A model generated the notes under the pieces. It saw only the letters and a list, made by a program, of their open reading frames with translations, did no database searches and was not told where the DNA came from. DNA of 64,000 nucleotides from Antedon mediterranea (lineage: Eukaryota; Animalia; Echinodermata), in NCBI RefSeq assembly GCF_964355755.1, contig NC_092679.1:5982201-6046200 (forward strand), read 5' to 3'. The first letter of the stretch is position 1, and the number at the start of each line of letters is the position of its first letter. This document shows positions 39,942 to 52,810 of this stretch, one piece after another. The position numbers and the translations under genes were made by a program.

Positions 39942-40409
39942 TTTTGTACACATGAAAGTACCAATGAGAAAGGAGCGCTTCGGCGCGGTGTGGAAATAAA
40001 TACTTATCAACGAAACAATCGCATATCGTAAACTTTTGATTTTATTTACACTAATAATTCTTTTTTACAAAAGAAGCTCGCGGAGAAAATAAAACGTCAA
40101 CACATGAAACAACAGTGAAAGGCCAGGTTTACGGGATTTTTTTTCAACACGTGGCAGCACAATAGTAAAAAAAAGTTCGTGCTTTAAATAATTGTTCACC
40201 GACTTTGATTTAATTTACATTTTTCAAAAAATTAAAAATGTTTCCTTGATGGTCCCGAAATGTCAATCTTTTTGTCATTAAATCTTTTTTTTTTAATAAA
40301 TTGTATTTAAATAAAATTCTTCTAGCCATCACAAATTCAATTGATAGTTCTTTATTTTATACACATTCTTGTACAAATATTTTACTGTATATATTATATG
40401 CATATATAT

Positions 40410-41895
40410 ATATAAAAAAATCAAGATCAAATAAGTTAAAACTGCCTCAATATAGATTTATTTTTACAACATGTTTCGGGCATAGCCCATCATCATGTGA
40501 AGAGAATTGTAACAAAGGATAACATATATAAGTCACAAAATTACATAATAAAACAAATCAGCCAATCAAAGATGTTAACAAACAAAAGGCATATTTATAA
40601 AGGCACGCCTCCAAAAGCTATGGGGTACAAAGCAGGAATGGTTGCTTATAAAGCAGCAAATTTAAGACAAAGACAAAAGCTTGAAGTGTAAATAATTGTT
40701 AATATGTGAATGTCTCTGGCAAAATTAATGTTTAAAAGATCTAAATTGTACATTTATGCCGGTAGGGGCAAGAGTGCCAAGCTTTACAATTCTTTCTTCT
40801 TTCTTCTATAATTCTACGAGATGTCTCAGAACCATTACATACCTTAACACCAGAAATTGTAATATCCGAAAGGGAATGCTCATTATTACAAAAATGGGTG
40901 GCTACAGGTAATCCGGGAGTCTTTAGTTTAATAGACCTTAAATGTTCTACAAACCTATCACCTAACCTGCGTTTAGTTTCACCAATATAAAGCATATTAC
41001 ATTTAGTACACCGTTACACGAAATACAATAAACTAGATTTCTAGTGGTGCACGTAATACGATCTGTGATAACATAATTACCAGAAGGTCCTACTATTTGG
41101 TTTGAACATGAAACGTAATTACATGTCGAACATCTATTTCTATTACATTTGAATGTTCCAGTTGATTCATTACCTTTGTTTTGTAATTTAGATTTAACTA
41201 AAGTGTCTTTAATGCTTTGATCACGTCTGTAAGCTATCATGGGTGGTTCTTGAAAAATATCTTTTGTAGCGGATTTAGCTTCAGTCAAAATTGAAAAGTT
41301 ATCGCGGACAATGTTAATAACCTTCTTATTCATAGGATGATACGTGAGGACTAGAGGTATGCGGTCACAAGCATTTGTATTAGGTGTAGGTTGCAATGTG
41401 TCCTCGTGCGTTAACTGGCAAACTTTTCTTTGAGATTTCACAGTAATGTCAGATGATGTGCTTGCCTCTTTATGGGGTATTTTGAGCAGAATGTGTTACG
41501 AGATTTTAAGGGAAAGAAACCAGATTTATTCAAACGGTATATTGATGATTGTGTTGGTGTTAAATGTCGGGAACTTTAGATGAACTTAATGAGTTCATTA
41601 ACTTCGTGAACAATTTTCATCCTGCTATAAAGTTTACTCATGAAATTTCTGACAAGTGTGTGCCTTTCCTTGATATTAGTTTATCTATTGATAAACCTGG
41701 TCTTTCTATCCGTTCACTACAAAGATACTGACGCGCACACTTATCTAAATTACAACTCTTCGCATCCTCCAGCTTTTAAGAATGCTATACCGTATTCGCA
41801 ACTTGTTAGACTTCGACGTTTATGTAGCGATGATGATGACTTTAACATCAAAGCATCTGAGATGATCGATTTTTTCAATGCACGCGAATATCCTA
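40410..41895 (-). mobile_element. Penelope-like element family A, duplicated and more complete copy
   Basis: Same as 32146-33532, plus YIGETKRRLGDRFVEHLRSI and ACLFMGYFEQ. Inversion junction at ~41455. Confidence 0.88.
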
Positions 41896-42390
41896 TGGAG
41901 CGACAAAACTCGCAAAGACAAAGAAAACCACTGGGAATTACAACTTAAAACCACAAAACCCTTTGGACTTAACATTAGGAACATACTCCCAGATCGGTAA
42001 AATTATTCCATTTACTACCAAAATTGAAGTTTCAATATTAACCACCATTTAAGCTGTTTTAGTTTCATTCCAAAATTGTTTAAATCTCTACCAAGCTACC
42101 TTCTTTGTTTTCTACTCTTATTCAGCCTCCACCCTGTCACCTTTTGTTGTATTTCTTTTATTCCTGTCCACCCAGGCAGCACTTGCCAGTTCTTATACTA
42201 TGACGTTATCCAAATTCCTTCACTTGCACTGCTGAAGGGCTAGTGTTGCCCGAAAGCTCCGCTAACTTTTCTGACTGTTTTACTTTATCGTTTTGATTTA
42301 GCTTTTCGATTTTTTTTGTATCTCCATTAAGTTGCAGCCACTGATACCCACAGCTTTGTCATTTTTTCAGTTATTTGCCTTTGGATTTAT
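41896..42390 (+). mobile_element. Penelope-like element family B, duplicated copy
   Basis: Near-identical to 33533-34030. Confidence 0.7.
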
Positions 42391-43458
42391 ATATATATAT
42401 ATATATATATAAATCAATTGTGTTGCATAGCACTAGCACTGTGTAAATTATATATAAATCATACTGTCAAATTATAGAAACAGTGCTCATATTCGGAACA
42501 TGATCTCATATTTTTTGTATGAAAAACTACGGAACTTTCACCAATGAGCTATGCTTGACGCGATTATGAGTTGATGTTCCGAATATAAGCACTTTTTCTA
42601 TAATTTGACAGTATGATTTATATATATATATAAATCAATTTAAAAACATAGAAAAACTCAAAACCTGGGAATAATTAAGTAATTAACCAGTTTAAAATGA
42701 GGAAATCTGTCAGAATAAGAAATATATTTTTATTATGTATTATAAATTGCATTTTAATTTAAACTTTTTACAACAACTAATTCTATGTATGAAAATAGTC
42801 CAATTTTAATTTATAGTTTTTTTTTTCTCAATGTGTTGTCATTCTTCATGCATCTTTTGCTATAGGCCTACAGAAAGAATTCACATGTACGAAAGTAATA
42901 AAATGAATATCTTCTTTGTTAGAAAAACATTATCGCTTTTTGATGATGAACTACTCTAAAATGTATATAGGAAATGTTTTTTTTTATTTTATATCTATTA
43001 TGTTGTGTTTATTGTTTCATGTTTTTTATGTAAAAGGGTCCTGCGAAAACAGAAGTGTAAACTTCTCTATGCAGGATCCTTGCCATCATTTATGCTATGA
43101 AACTGTATTTATAAATGATGAGTAAGTAAATGTGAATTGATTGATGAAGTCACATACTGATACTGAAAGAGATGTATAAATCAGGAAATTTATCCAGACA
43201 TGACACAGGTTTTTAACAAAGGGGTAATGTATACAAATATTGTAATACAAAGCATTCATTATTTGGTTTATAACATCCTAACAACTAAGCCCATACAAAA
43301 ATATAGCACTATGAATGGAGTAGAATCATTATAGATTTGCACACTACTAAAACAGCCTCACTTGCACAATATTTTACAAAAATCTAGCTGAACATGCAAT
43401 ATAACACCTAATCATAAAGATGGATGAAATAAATGCACGGCACATGATTGAATTAGCG

Positions 43459-46400
43459 CTATAATTTGCTTAGCTGCACCATTATCGCTCCTATCCCACC
43501 AAAAGAGGGCACACTTCGTACATGGTCACTTTTTCCGACATGTTCCTTGAAAAATGCTAAAGTTTTTTCCCATGAGTCTTCTTGGGCGACTGAATGTTCG
43601 TCTGGGTAACCACCATAATTAACAACTACACCTGTAACAATAAATAAGACAAAAATAGGCATTTGTATCAAAATACTGTAGTAGAATAGCACACACCATC
43701 GTAAATAGTAAAATATGCAATAGAGTAAGTTCAGTCTGAGCAGTAGAGTAAATTCATGTTTCAATCTACTGCATAGATGTTAAGCTCTGTCTACACTATC
43801 AAACTAGTTTGACCAAAAAAAGTGTGATGTTCCCAAATATGAGTGATATGACCAAAAATGGTAGTGATATGACATCATCATGTCCAAATATGGGCACATA
43901 AGATTTTTTGTTATCACATACAGTGTGATAGTGTAGAGAGAGTTTTAATCTATTTCCTAATTTGCTGGTAGGATAAAATGTGTCTGAATTAGTTTGGTAC
44001 TGTACTATAACTTTCTTAAAATAGACAAATACTCACTGACTAATTTGTGATAACATAAGGAACAAAGAGGAGCATACGGTGGCTCAATGAGATGGCCAGC
44101 TCCAGGGTAGCTTAATATCTTCCAGTTGTCTTTGCCATGTTCTTTAAGATATTCACAGCCTAACTTGGAAAATAAATCACTGGACCAGCTTTTATCATCA
44201 AGACCATTGATGAAAAGAAATTGACATGTAGCATCTTCAAGCTGTGAAAATAACAGACAATTAACTTATTTGTATCCGTTATTTCTATTGAGGGTTTATA
44301 TGTGACTATATACTACATGAATATGATTACATACATATTCAATATATCTTAAACGGTCATTGAAAGATCTATTCTTCAACAAAGAACTTACATTCATAAT
44401 TGTTGAGTGGTCAATATCTTCTCGTTTGCAGGGCCAAAAACGACTAATGTCAATAATATCATCTTTTGTAGCTACCCTATCAGGAAAAACACTAGAGAAA
44501 AGAATTATAATAATACATGTTATTAGCATACAAACCTAATTGGTTAATAATAATAATAATATCCTAGATTTATGTTGTGAAACCTCTAAGCGCTGAACAT
44601 TATTACCCCAGTCATTTTGGATCAAACACATATGGAAATATATTCCCATAATACAGCTAGTAATCAGGTTATCAAGGTTATGTCTTGATCTAACCGGGTT
44701 TCCATTTATACACCTGGGTGGAGAGAGGCAAATGTAAGTAAAGTGTCTTGCCTAAGGATACAAGCAATCCAGCGAGAGTTGGATTGAAACCTCGATCTCA
44801 CGATCAGTAATCAAACGTCGAACACACTGCGCCACACGCCCTCACAAAAAAAATATATATGTTTAAGCATTCACACAGGTGTGGATATTCCTTCAGAATT
44901 TATCAGTCCTCTCTGCAGTCAGAAAGTCACAAACCTTTTGATTATAGTACTGTATTGTCTTGAATAAATTCAAGTTTCCGAAAGTGCAACTCCACAATTC
45001 TCTGCAGTCATAGAAAGTATAATTAAGAATGTATCTTATTTGCTTTTTCTTACTTCATAATATAGTTTGCAGATTGTTTTCCTTTGTATAAATTTCCAGT
45101 CCCACCTTCAGTGTAGAATGGACTTCCATTAATGCACACACATGCCTTGATCTACAAATAGTTAGAAAAAACAGCAATTAGCTCTTATGTTTTAAATATA
45201 ATTATTGTAAGGTATATAAGTATATATGTGTGTGTGTGTGGGGCGGGGGAGTGGTGTTGGAGATTTTTGTCTTTCTCATGATTTAAATCATATTGAATCT
45301 TGGTAACCTTTGGTCCACAAATGATTGACAGTTTTACAACAATTTGAGCACCAGCAGACACTCCGATGACGCCTATCCCAGAATCCATCACAAATTGATT
45401 GTTTAACATCCAATCAACTGCCTCCTGCAAAATAATTATTAGAAATTTAGAAATAGTTCACAACCAAACTGCTATATTAATTCCTTACTTTATAAGCCAA
45501 ACAATATCTTTTTTGAAGAGTGAAAAACTGTGTTTAATCTAGGTCTGAGGGCTTAGGTGGTCAGTAGGTTCATTACTGGTTAATGGGTCTTCTTATTGAT
45601 AACAAATATTAATGGTCACTGAACTATATGAACTTTGGATGCACAATTTATGTATCAATTTGACTTGTTGACATGTCATTCTGATGAACTAACATATCTT
45701 GTTGAAATCTTGATATAATAATGCATATCTTTAGCAAATACTGTAGTGTAGTTATCTAAAACACAATTATATAGGCACACAGAAAAGTTAGCACTTTTCC
45801 CATCTTTTACATACCCGTCATATTCTACAGTAGTACCATTCCATGCCCCCACCCCCCCCCCCCCCTCCCCCAGGCCAACTTGATTATACAGATCAATATT
45901 TACCTCAAAATATACCATATCAACTTGTTTGATGTCTGTTATCAAATCTTCATAAGCAAAATATGCCAACGCAAGGGAAGCAAAACCATGGGTGGCAAAC
46001 AAGGAAGAACGAAACTCTGTGACTCCTCCAGAAGCACCAAATAAATCAATAATACCTGGAAATGGACCCTTACCTGTAACATATATTAAACAAAGCATAA
46101 TTCGGCATTGTAGGCGAGGTGATTAATTAATTAACAAAGTTGTTCCTTTAACAAGACATTTGTCAATACCTTTGGGTTTAAACAATGTTCCTCTAATATT
46201 TCCACTTCTAACCTCTATCCTATCAACATCTTTTCCCATATACCACCTTTCAACTGTCGTCTTGCCCAGAACAGATTGTGTTACTGATTCAATATTATTT
46301 GAGTAAAAATCCTCAGTTGACAAAAATCCCTTATAAACCGTTAAATGGAACACAAGTGGTGTTGTAACATCTTTCTTGACCAATCGTGTACCTGCTTTTT

Positions 46401-47288
46401 GTCCAGTTGAAGGTTGCATGTGTGTGAATAACCCCATGGGCATAATTCCTGAAAAAAAAAAAGCTGTGTTTAGAGTACCTTCGGCACACATGCACATTTT
46501 CAAAGTAAATCATGTAGTTTAACATTGATTTGATCATTTGGTTGGTTTAGTATGGTAGGGATAGAGTGATTTCTATATTATTTTTATTTGTAATCGTCTT
46601 CACTTAACAATACAATAGAGAGATGTATTTTTAAGATTTCAAAACTGTATAGCAAATTCAATAGATACCAAGATAGTGTGTTGAATTTCCAACAATGGTC
46701 GGTTTGTGTTCCGCTGGAGGAATTGTAACCACAGTGAAAAAAATTTATGATATGATGCTAATATTGTAAAAATACTCATATGACTAAATAAGAGGCCCAG
46801 GACAGGGGCTCCAAATAACTCACCATTGCGCCACCTCAATTTAATGAAGGGGCGTCGTCGTAGCCGTATCACATCAGTATTTAATTAATTATGAATATGA
46901 TGTTGAATTTTATTTATAATAGATTTAATCATTATTAATATTATTATTAAGCAACACTACATTATTATTTTATTATGTTATACTATTAATTTTTTTAATT
47001 GTTTAGTTTTTAGGTTTGTACTAGGCGCCTAGGCCTAGGCTATATTATTATGCCTCTCGCATAGGGTCTCTACTCACCCTTGTAACTACCGCCAATTGAC
47101 GGGTGCGAGTCGACTTTCACTGCCCCGTTTACGTCAGGAATAAAATGTGCATACGCTTCAAATGTCCTTCCCCTTTCCTCCACAAATGCCCGAATTGTTA
47201 CATTTGGGAATTCCTGTACGCCGTACACACATACCGAAATAGTTTCATCAATAAATGCTGCTGCTGGAGTAACTATAAATTGTGTCAT
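43459..47288 (-). CDS. ACOT/BAAT-family gene copy 4, 450 aa, peroxisomal (SKL)
   Basis: Exons 47288-47078, 46448-46170, 46073-45904, 45424-45308, 45151-45054, 44491-44392, 44241-44037 and 43631-43459. GVSAG, GLDD, GAGH, ends QLSKL*. Confidence 0.93.
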
Positions 47289-47958
47289 ATTTGAGGTATA
47301 TTCAGAGAGCGAACAGCGTCATTTCGCATTTCGACGATCGAGCATTCTCTACTTCTCTCTACGGAGCGCCATTCATGCCTTTATTTACTTCCGAAATAGA
47401 AATAGTACTACGGTAACTGGTTCAGTGGACCATACCAAATTTAGCACCAGTGGAGCACAGTGAAAACATAAAAATTAATTTTAATATCGTTTCGTATGTT
47501 ATCACATTGTGCTCATGTGGACCCAATTTGGAGCCAGGGGAGCATAGTGATATAAAATAGAAGTCACTGAATTTTAATATCTTTTCGTATTTTAATACAC
47601 TTTGCTCAATTGAACCCTATTTGTAGCCAGGGGAACACAGTGATTTAAAATAGAAATAAGTCACTGAATTTTAATATCTTTTCGTATTTTAATACGCAGC
47701 GCTATACAATCTTTGGTTTATGTAATTCTTTGGAGTTAGTCATGCGTTAAAACAGGGGGCGTGTGTGTTTACATCGTGACCATCCAAGCGTAAAAACCAG
47801 CTTATAAACAATCTTTTGGATTTCCGATGCGGACTACTCGCGACACAAATCGTAGTAACATTTTACAACTTCAACGAAAAAATGGTTCTTAAAAGATTAG
47901 CCTACTTTTTTTTAACGCTTGGCTGGTCTTTCGATGTTAACCGTTAATCTCTTGCAAG
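47289..47958. promoter_or_regulatory. Putative bidirectional promoter of ACOT copies 4 and 5
   Basis: Head-to-head start codons 670-790 bp apart, locally CpG-richer, with an ETS-like ACTTCCG at ~47387. Confidence 0.5.
47428..47698. repeat. Three degenerate ~90-bp tandem repeats between the divergent ACOT copies 4 and 5
   Basis: AGCCAGGGGAGCACAGTGA...AATTTTAATATCTTTTCGTAT x3. Confidence 0.75.
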
Positions 47959-48078
47959 ATGGCTTCCATTAATATAGCACGAAAATCGTGTATTTTTTAT
48001 CGCATGTCTAGGACTAGGCCTAGCCGGCCTAGGCCCTTTCTTGTATTTGGTAGGCCTACATCTTCTGTGGAAAGAAAA

Positions 48079-51015
48079 ATGGCAAAATTTATAGTTACTC
48101 CATCAGCATCATTTATTGATGAAACTATTTCGGTATGTGTGTACGGCGTACAGGAATTCCCAAATGTAACAATTCGGGCATTTGTGGAGGAAATGGGAAG
48201 GACTTTTGAAGCGTATGCTCATTTTATTCCTGACGTAAACGGGGCAGTGAAAGTCGATTCGCACCCGTCAATTGGCGGTAGTTACAAGGGTGAGTAGCGA
48301 CGTCACTTAGATTGTTAACAATTATCACAAGAAACGTATCATACAGTGTATGAATAGACATGTTTTATATTTTTGGTCATTTTTTCAGGAGTGAAGCCCA
48401 TGGGTTTATTCACACACATGCAACCTTCACCTGGACAAAAAGCAGGTACACGATTGGTTAAGAAAGATGTTACAACGCCGCTCCTATTCCATTTAACAGC
48501 TTATAAAGGATTTTTGTCAACTGACGATTTTAACACAAGTAATATTGAATCACTAACACAATCTGTTCTGGGAAAGACGACAGTTGAAAGGTGGTATATG
48601 GGAAAAGATGTTGATAGGATAGAGGTTAGAAGTGGAAATATTAGAGGAACATTGTTTAAACCAAAAGGTATTGACATGACAAATGTCTTGTTAAAGAAAC
48701 AACTTTGTTAATTAATTAATCACCTCGCCTGCAATGCCGAATTATGATGTGTTTAATATATTTTACAGGTAACGGTCCATTTCCAGGTATTATTGATTTA
48801 TTTGGTGCTGCTGGAGGTAACATTGAGTTTCGTTCTTCTTTGTTTGCCACCTATGGTTTTGCTTCCCTCTCGTTGGCATATTTTGCGTATGAAGATTTGG
48901 TAACAGACCCAAATGAAGTTGATATGGTATATTTTGAGGTAATTATTGTTGGGCTAGGGTTGGCGCAAAAAATGGTAAATGGAAAGGTGAAAGGTCAAGA
49001 TAAAAAATGGCTCATTAAAATGTCATTAATCTGTAATTAAAGTTTATTTTTTTATAAAACAAATAATATACTTTTCCGGCTTTATAAATGTCTCTTGGCC
49101 AATAAAAATACAACTAATCAGATAAACAATTAATAAAATACAAATTATTTTTGCAGGAGGCAGTTGATTGGATGTTAAACAATCCATTTGTGATGGATTC
49201 CGGGATAGGCGTCATTGGAGTGTCATCAGGTGGTCAAGCTGTTCTGAAACTGTCGACCATTTGTGGACCGAAGGTTAAACAGCTTGCAACTTAATCATTA
49301 AAATTGCTTCACTATACGCCTGTAACGTTGGGGTGGGGTGTTGTAGTTGAAGAGCGCTTTTCAAACTAAAGACAGCGTAAATAGGCCAAATTAGCTCATA
49401 ATGATGGTTTAATCCACCACCCCCCTCGTTTGATATGTACACAATACCAGCTGCCTTCATTTAATTATTAAACTAGCAATTTACATGAGTGCTAATTGGT
49501 GTTATTAAAACATTTAGATTAAGGCGTGTGTGTGTATCAGTGGAACTCCATTCTATACCCCAAATGAGCCTGCAAGATTATACAAAGGGAAGGAATCCAC
49601 TTGTTTAAAGTAAGAAATAATCTGATTAATTACTTTTTACCAAATTGGAAAAAATACTCGCTCTAATGTGATAGTTACATATGTTTTCAGAAGATTAATG
49701 AGTTTTGCAACCTATATAGTAGCTGAAACTATTATTTAAACGTTTAAGATTTTCAGGTTTTTTAGACGTTTAAAAGATGTATTGTCCCCCAAAAACATGA
49801 AAAATTAAGACCATCAACCAAAAACCCACTGGATGCATGAAAGCCAATTTGACTATTTTTGGCTTTAAATTACGGTTTTTCAGGTAAATAATATTTATGG
49901 TAATAATCAGGTAATAACAGTATTATGTGACATTAAAATGGTATATTAAAAAAATATTTAAGAATTAATTTTTCAGGGAGACAATGCATCTTTAATAGTA
50001 GTTTGTGTGCAATACATTTTGCATGTTAACAACATGTATAAAAACAGGACATAACATATATATGTTTTTTTTAGCATTTTTCTTGATAGAGTAATTAGAG
50101 AAGATGACATTGTTGACGTTAGTCGTTACTGGCCTTATAAACGAGAAGATATTGATTATGCAACAATTATGAATGTAAGTAATTTAATTTAGTAATAATC
50201 ATATTATAAAACAGTCCTCTAAAAGTGGAGTTGTGGCTTGGTGGTTACTACTTCTTCAAGGGTCCTGGGTTTAAGTCCCGTCACATGGATTTTTTCTAAG
50301 GACAAAATTACAACTCCACTCCCAAAGACTTGTAATATAAGACTTTGTTTATGTAGAGCATCTTGTGTATATGTTTGTCTTGTGAACCTCTGAGGGTCCC
50401 TAATGATCAGCAAGTGCTGGATGGATCACCCTCATTAAATATGGTCAAAAAAAGTCTTTAAATGATGCACAGATAGTGTGTAGTGCTCCTTTTCAATATA
50501 CTTAACTGTTGTATACTATTGTATCATTAGGTTGTCTATCTGTTATTTTCACAGCTTGAAGATGCTACATGTCAATTTCTTTTCATCAATGGTCTTGATG
50601 ATAAAAGCTGGTCCAGTGATTTATTTTCCAAGTTAGGCTGTGAATATCTTAAAGAACATGGCAAAGACAACTGGAAGATATTAAGCTACCCTGGAGCTGG
50701 CCATCTCATTGAGCCACCGTATGCTCCTCTTTGTTCCTTATGTTACTACAAGTCTCTTGGTGAGTGTTATGCTACCATACTATAATACAAATAACTATTT
50801 TCTGTCTTATGCCTAGACCTATTGTGTTTTTATCTATTGTTACAGGTTTAGTTATTAAATATGGTGGTAACCCAGACGAACATTCAGTCGCCCAAGAAGA
50901 TTCATGGGAAAAAATGTTGGCATTTTTCAAGGAGCATGTCGGAGCAAGTGACCCTGTACGAAGTGTGCCCTCTATTGGTGGGATAGGAGTGATAACGCAA
51001 CAAAGCAAATTATAA
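48079..51015 (+). CDS. ACOT/BAAT-family gene copy 5, peroxisomal (SKL); possible upstream in-frame start at 47959
   Basis: Exons 48079-48289, 48389-48667, 48769-48938, 49157-49273, 49518-49609, 50075-50174, 50555-50759 and 50846-51015. GVSSG, GLDD, GAGH, ends QQSKL*. Confidence 0.93.
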
Positions 51016-51103
51016 CACTAATTCAAGTTTATAGCACACCTAGATATCAGTTATATGAACAGGAACAGGAATAATGAACAGGAATAATGAACAGGAATAA
51101 GAA

Positions 51104-52810
51104 AAAAATCAGCTAGAAGTTTACCACTGTGCGCTAGTATACCTATTTTGGTTGTACTCACACACTGTGATAATGAATAGTATACGATTAAAATCAGCGA
51201 GAAGTTTACCACTGTGCGCTAGTATACCTATTTTGGTTGTACTCGCACACACTGATAATGAATAGGATACGATTAAAATCAGCGAGAAGTTTACCACTGT
51301 GCGCTAGTATACCTATTTTGGTTGTACTCACACACTGTGATAATGAATAGGATACGATTAAAATCAGCGAGAAGTTTACCACTGTGCGCTAGTATACCTA
51401 TTTTGGTTGTACTCGCACACACTGATAATGAATAGGATACGATTAAAATCAGCTAGAAGTTTACCACTGTGCGCTACTATACCTATTTTGGTTGTACTCA
51501 CACACTGTGATAATGAATAGTATACGATTAAAATCAGTGAGAAGTTTACCACTGTGCGCTAGTATACCTATTTTGGTTGTACTCGCACACACTGATAATG
51601 AATAGTATACGATTAAAATCAGTGAGAAGTTTACCACTGTGCGCTACTATACCTATTTTGGTTGTACTCACACACTGTGATAATGAATAGGATACGATTA
51701 AAATCAGCTAGAAGTTTACCACTGTGCGCTAGTATACTTATTTTGGTTGTACTCACACACTGTGATAATGAATAGGATACGATTAAAATCAGTGAGAAGT
51801 TTACCACTGTGCGCTACTATACCTATTTTGGTTGTACTCACACACTGTGATAATGAATAGTATACGATTAAAATCAGTGAGAAGTTTACCAATGTGTGCT
51901 AGATTACTATATACCTATTTTTGTTATACTAGCGTAAAATGATAATGGATAGGATACGATTAAAATCAGCGAGAAGTTTACCACTGTGCGCTAGTATACC
52001 TATTTTGGTTGTACTCACACACTGTGATAATGAATAGGATACGATTAAAATCAGCTAGAAGTTTACCACTGTGCGCTAGTATACCTATTTTGGTTGTACT
52101 CACACACTGTGATAATGAATAGGATACGATTAAAATCAGCGAGAAGTTTACCACTGTGCGCTATTATACCTATTTTGGTTGTACTCGCACACACTGATAA
52201 TGAATAGGATACGATTAAAATCAGCTAGAAGTTTACCACTGTGCGCTACTATACCTATTTTGGTTGTACTTGCACACTGTGATAATGAATAGGATACGAT
52301 TAAAATCAGCCAGAAGTTTACCACTGTGCGCTAGTATACCTATTTTGGTTGTACTCGCACACACTGATAATGAATAGGATACGATTAAAATCAGCTAGAA
52401 GTTTACCACTGTGCGCTACTATACTTATTTTGGTTGTACTCACACACTGTGATAATGAATAGTATACGATTAAAATCAGTGAGAAGTTTACCACTGTGTG
52501 CTAGATTACTATATACCTATTTTTGTTATACTAGCGTAAAATGATAATGGATAGGATACGATTAAAATCAGCGAGAAGTTTACCACTGTGCGCTTTGTAC
52601 CAATTTTGGTTGTACTAGTAGCACACAGCAGTGATAATAAATAGGATAGTGATAATGAATAGGATACGATTAAAATCAGTGAGAAGTTTACCACTGTGCG
52701 CTACTATACCTATTTTAATTGTACTCGCGCACAGTGACACTAGACAAATAGGATAGTGATAATGAATAGGATACGATTAAAATCAGTAAGAAGTTAAGTT
52801 TACCACTGTG
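51104..52810. repeat. 85-bp satellite array, ~20 units
   Basis: AGAAGTTTACC recurs at 51115, 51200, 51285 and so on. Two 92-bp variant units lie at 51880 and 52482. Confidence 0.95.

Larger units (their letters stand above)
29880..45935. repeat. Tandem segmental duplication, two units of ~7.7 and ~8.35 kb, with the junction in exon 3 of ACOT copy 3
   Basis: Constant offset of 8364 nt for exons 4-8 of copies 3 and 4. Near-identical intergenic DNA (Penelope fragments, SINE, MITEs) appears twice. The units differ by a LINE, a MITE and small indels. Confidence 0.9.

Noticed and set aside
51104-52810. CRISPR-like array
   Set aside because: Units are contiguous near-identical 85-mers without unique spacers; no cas genes; eukaryotic context.
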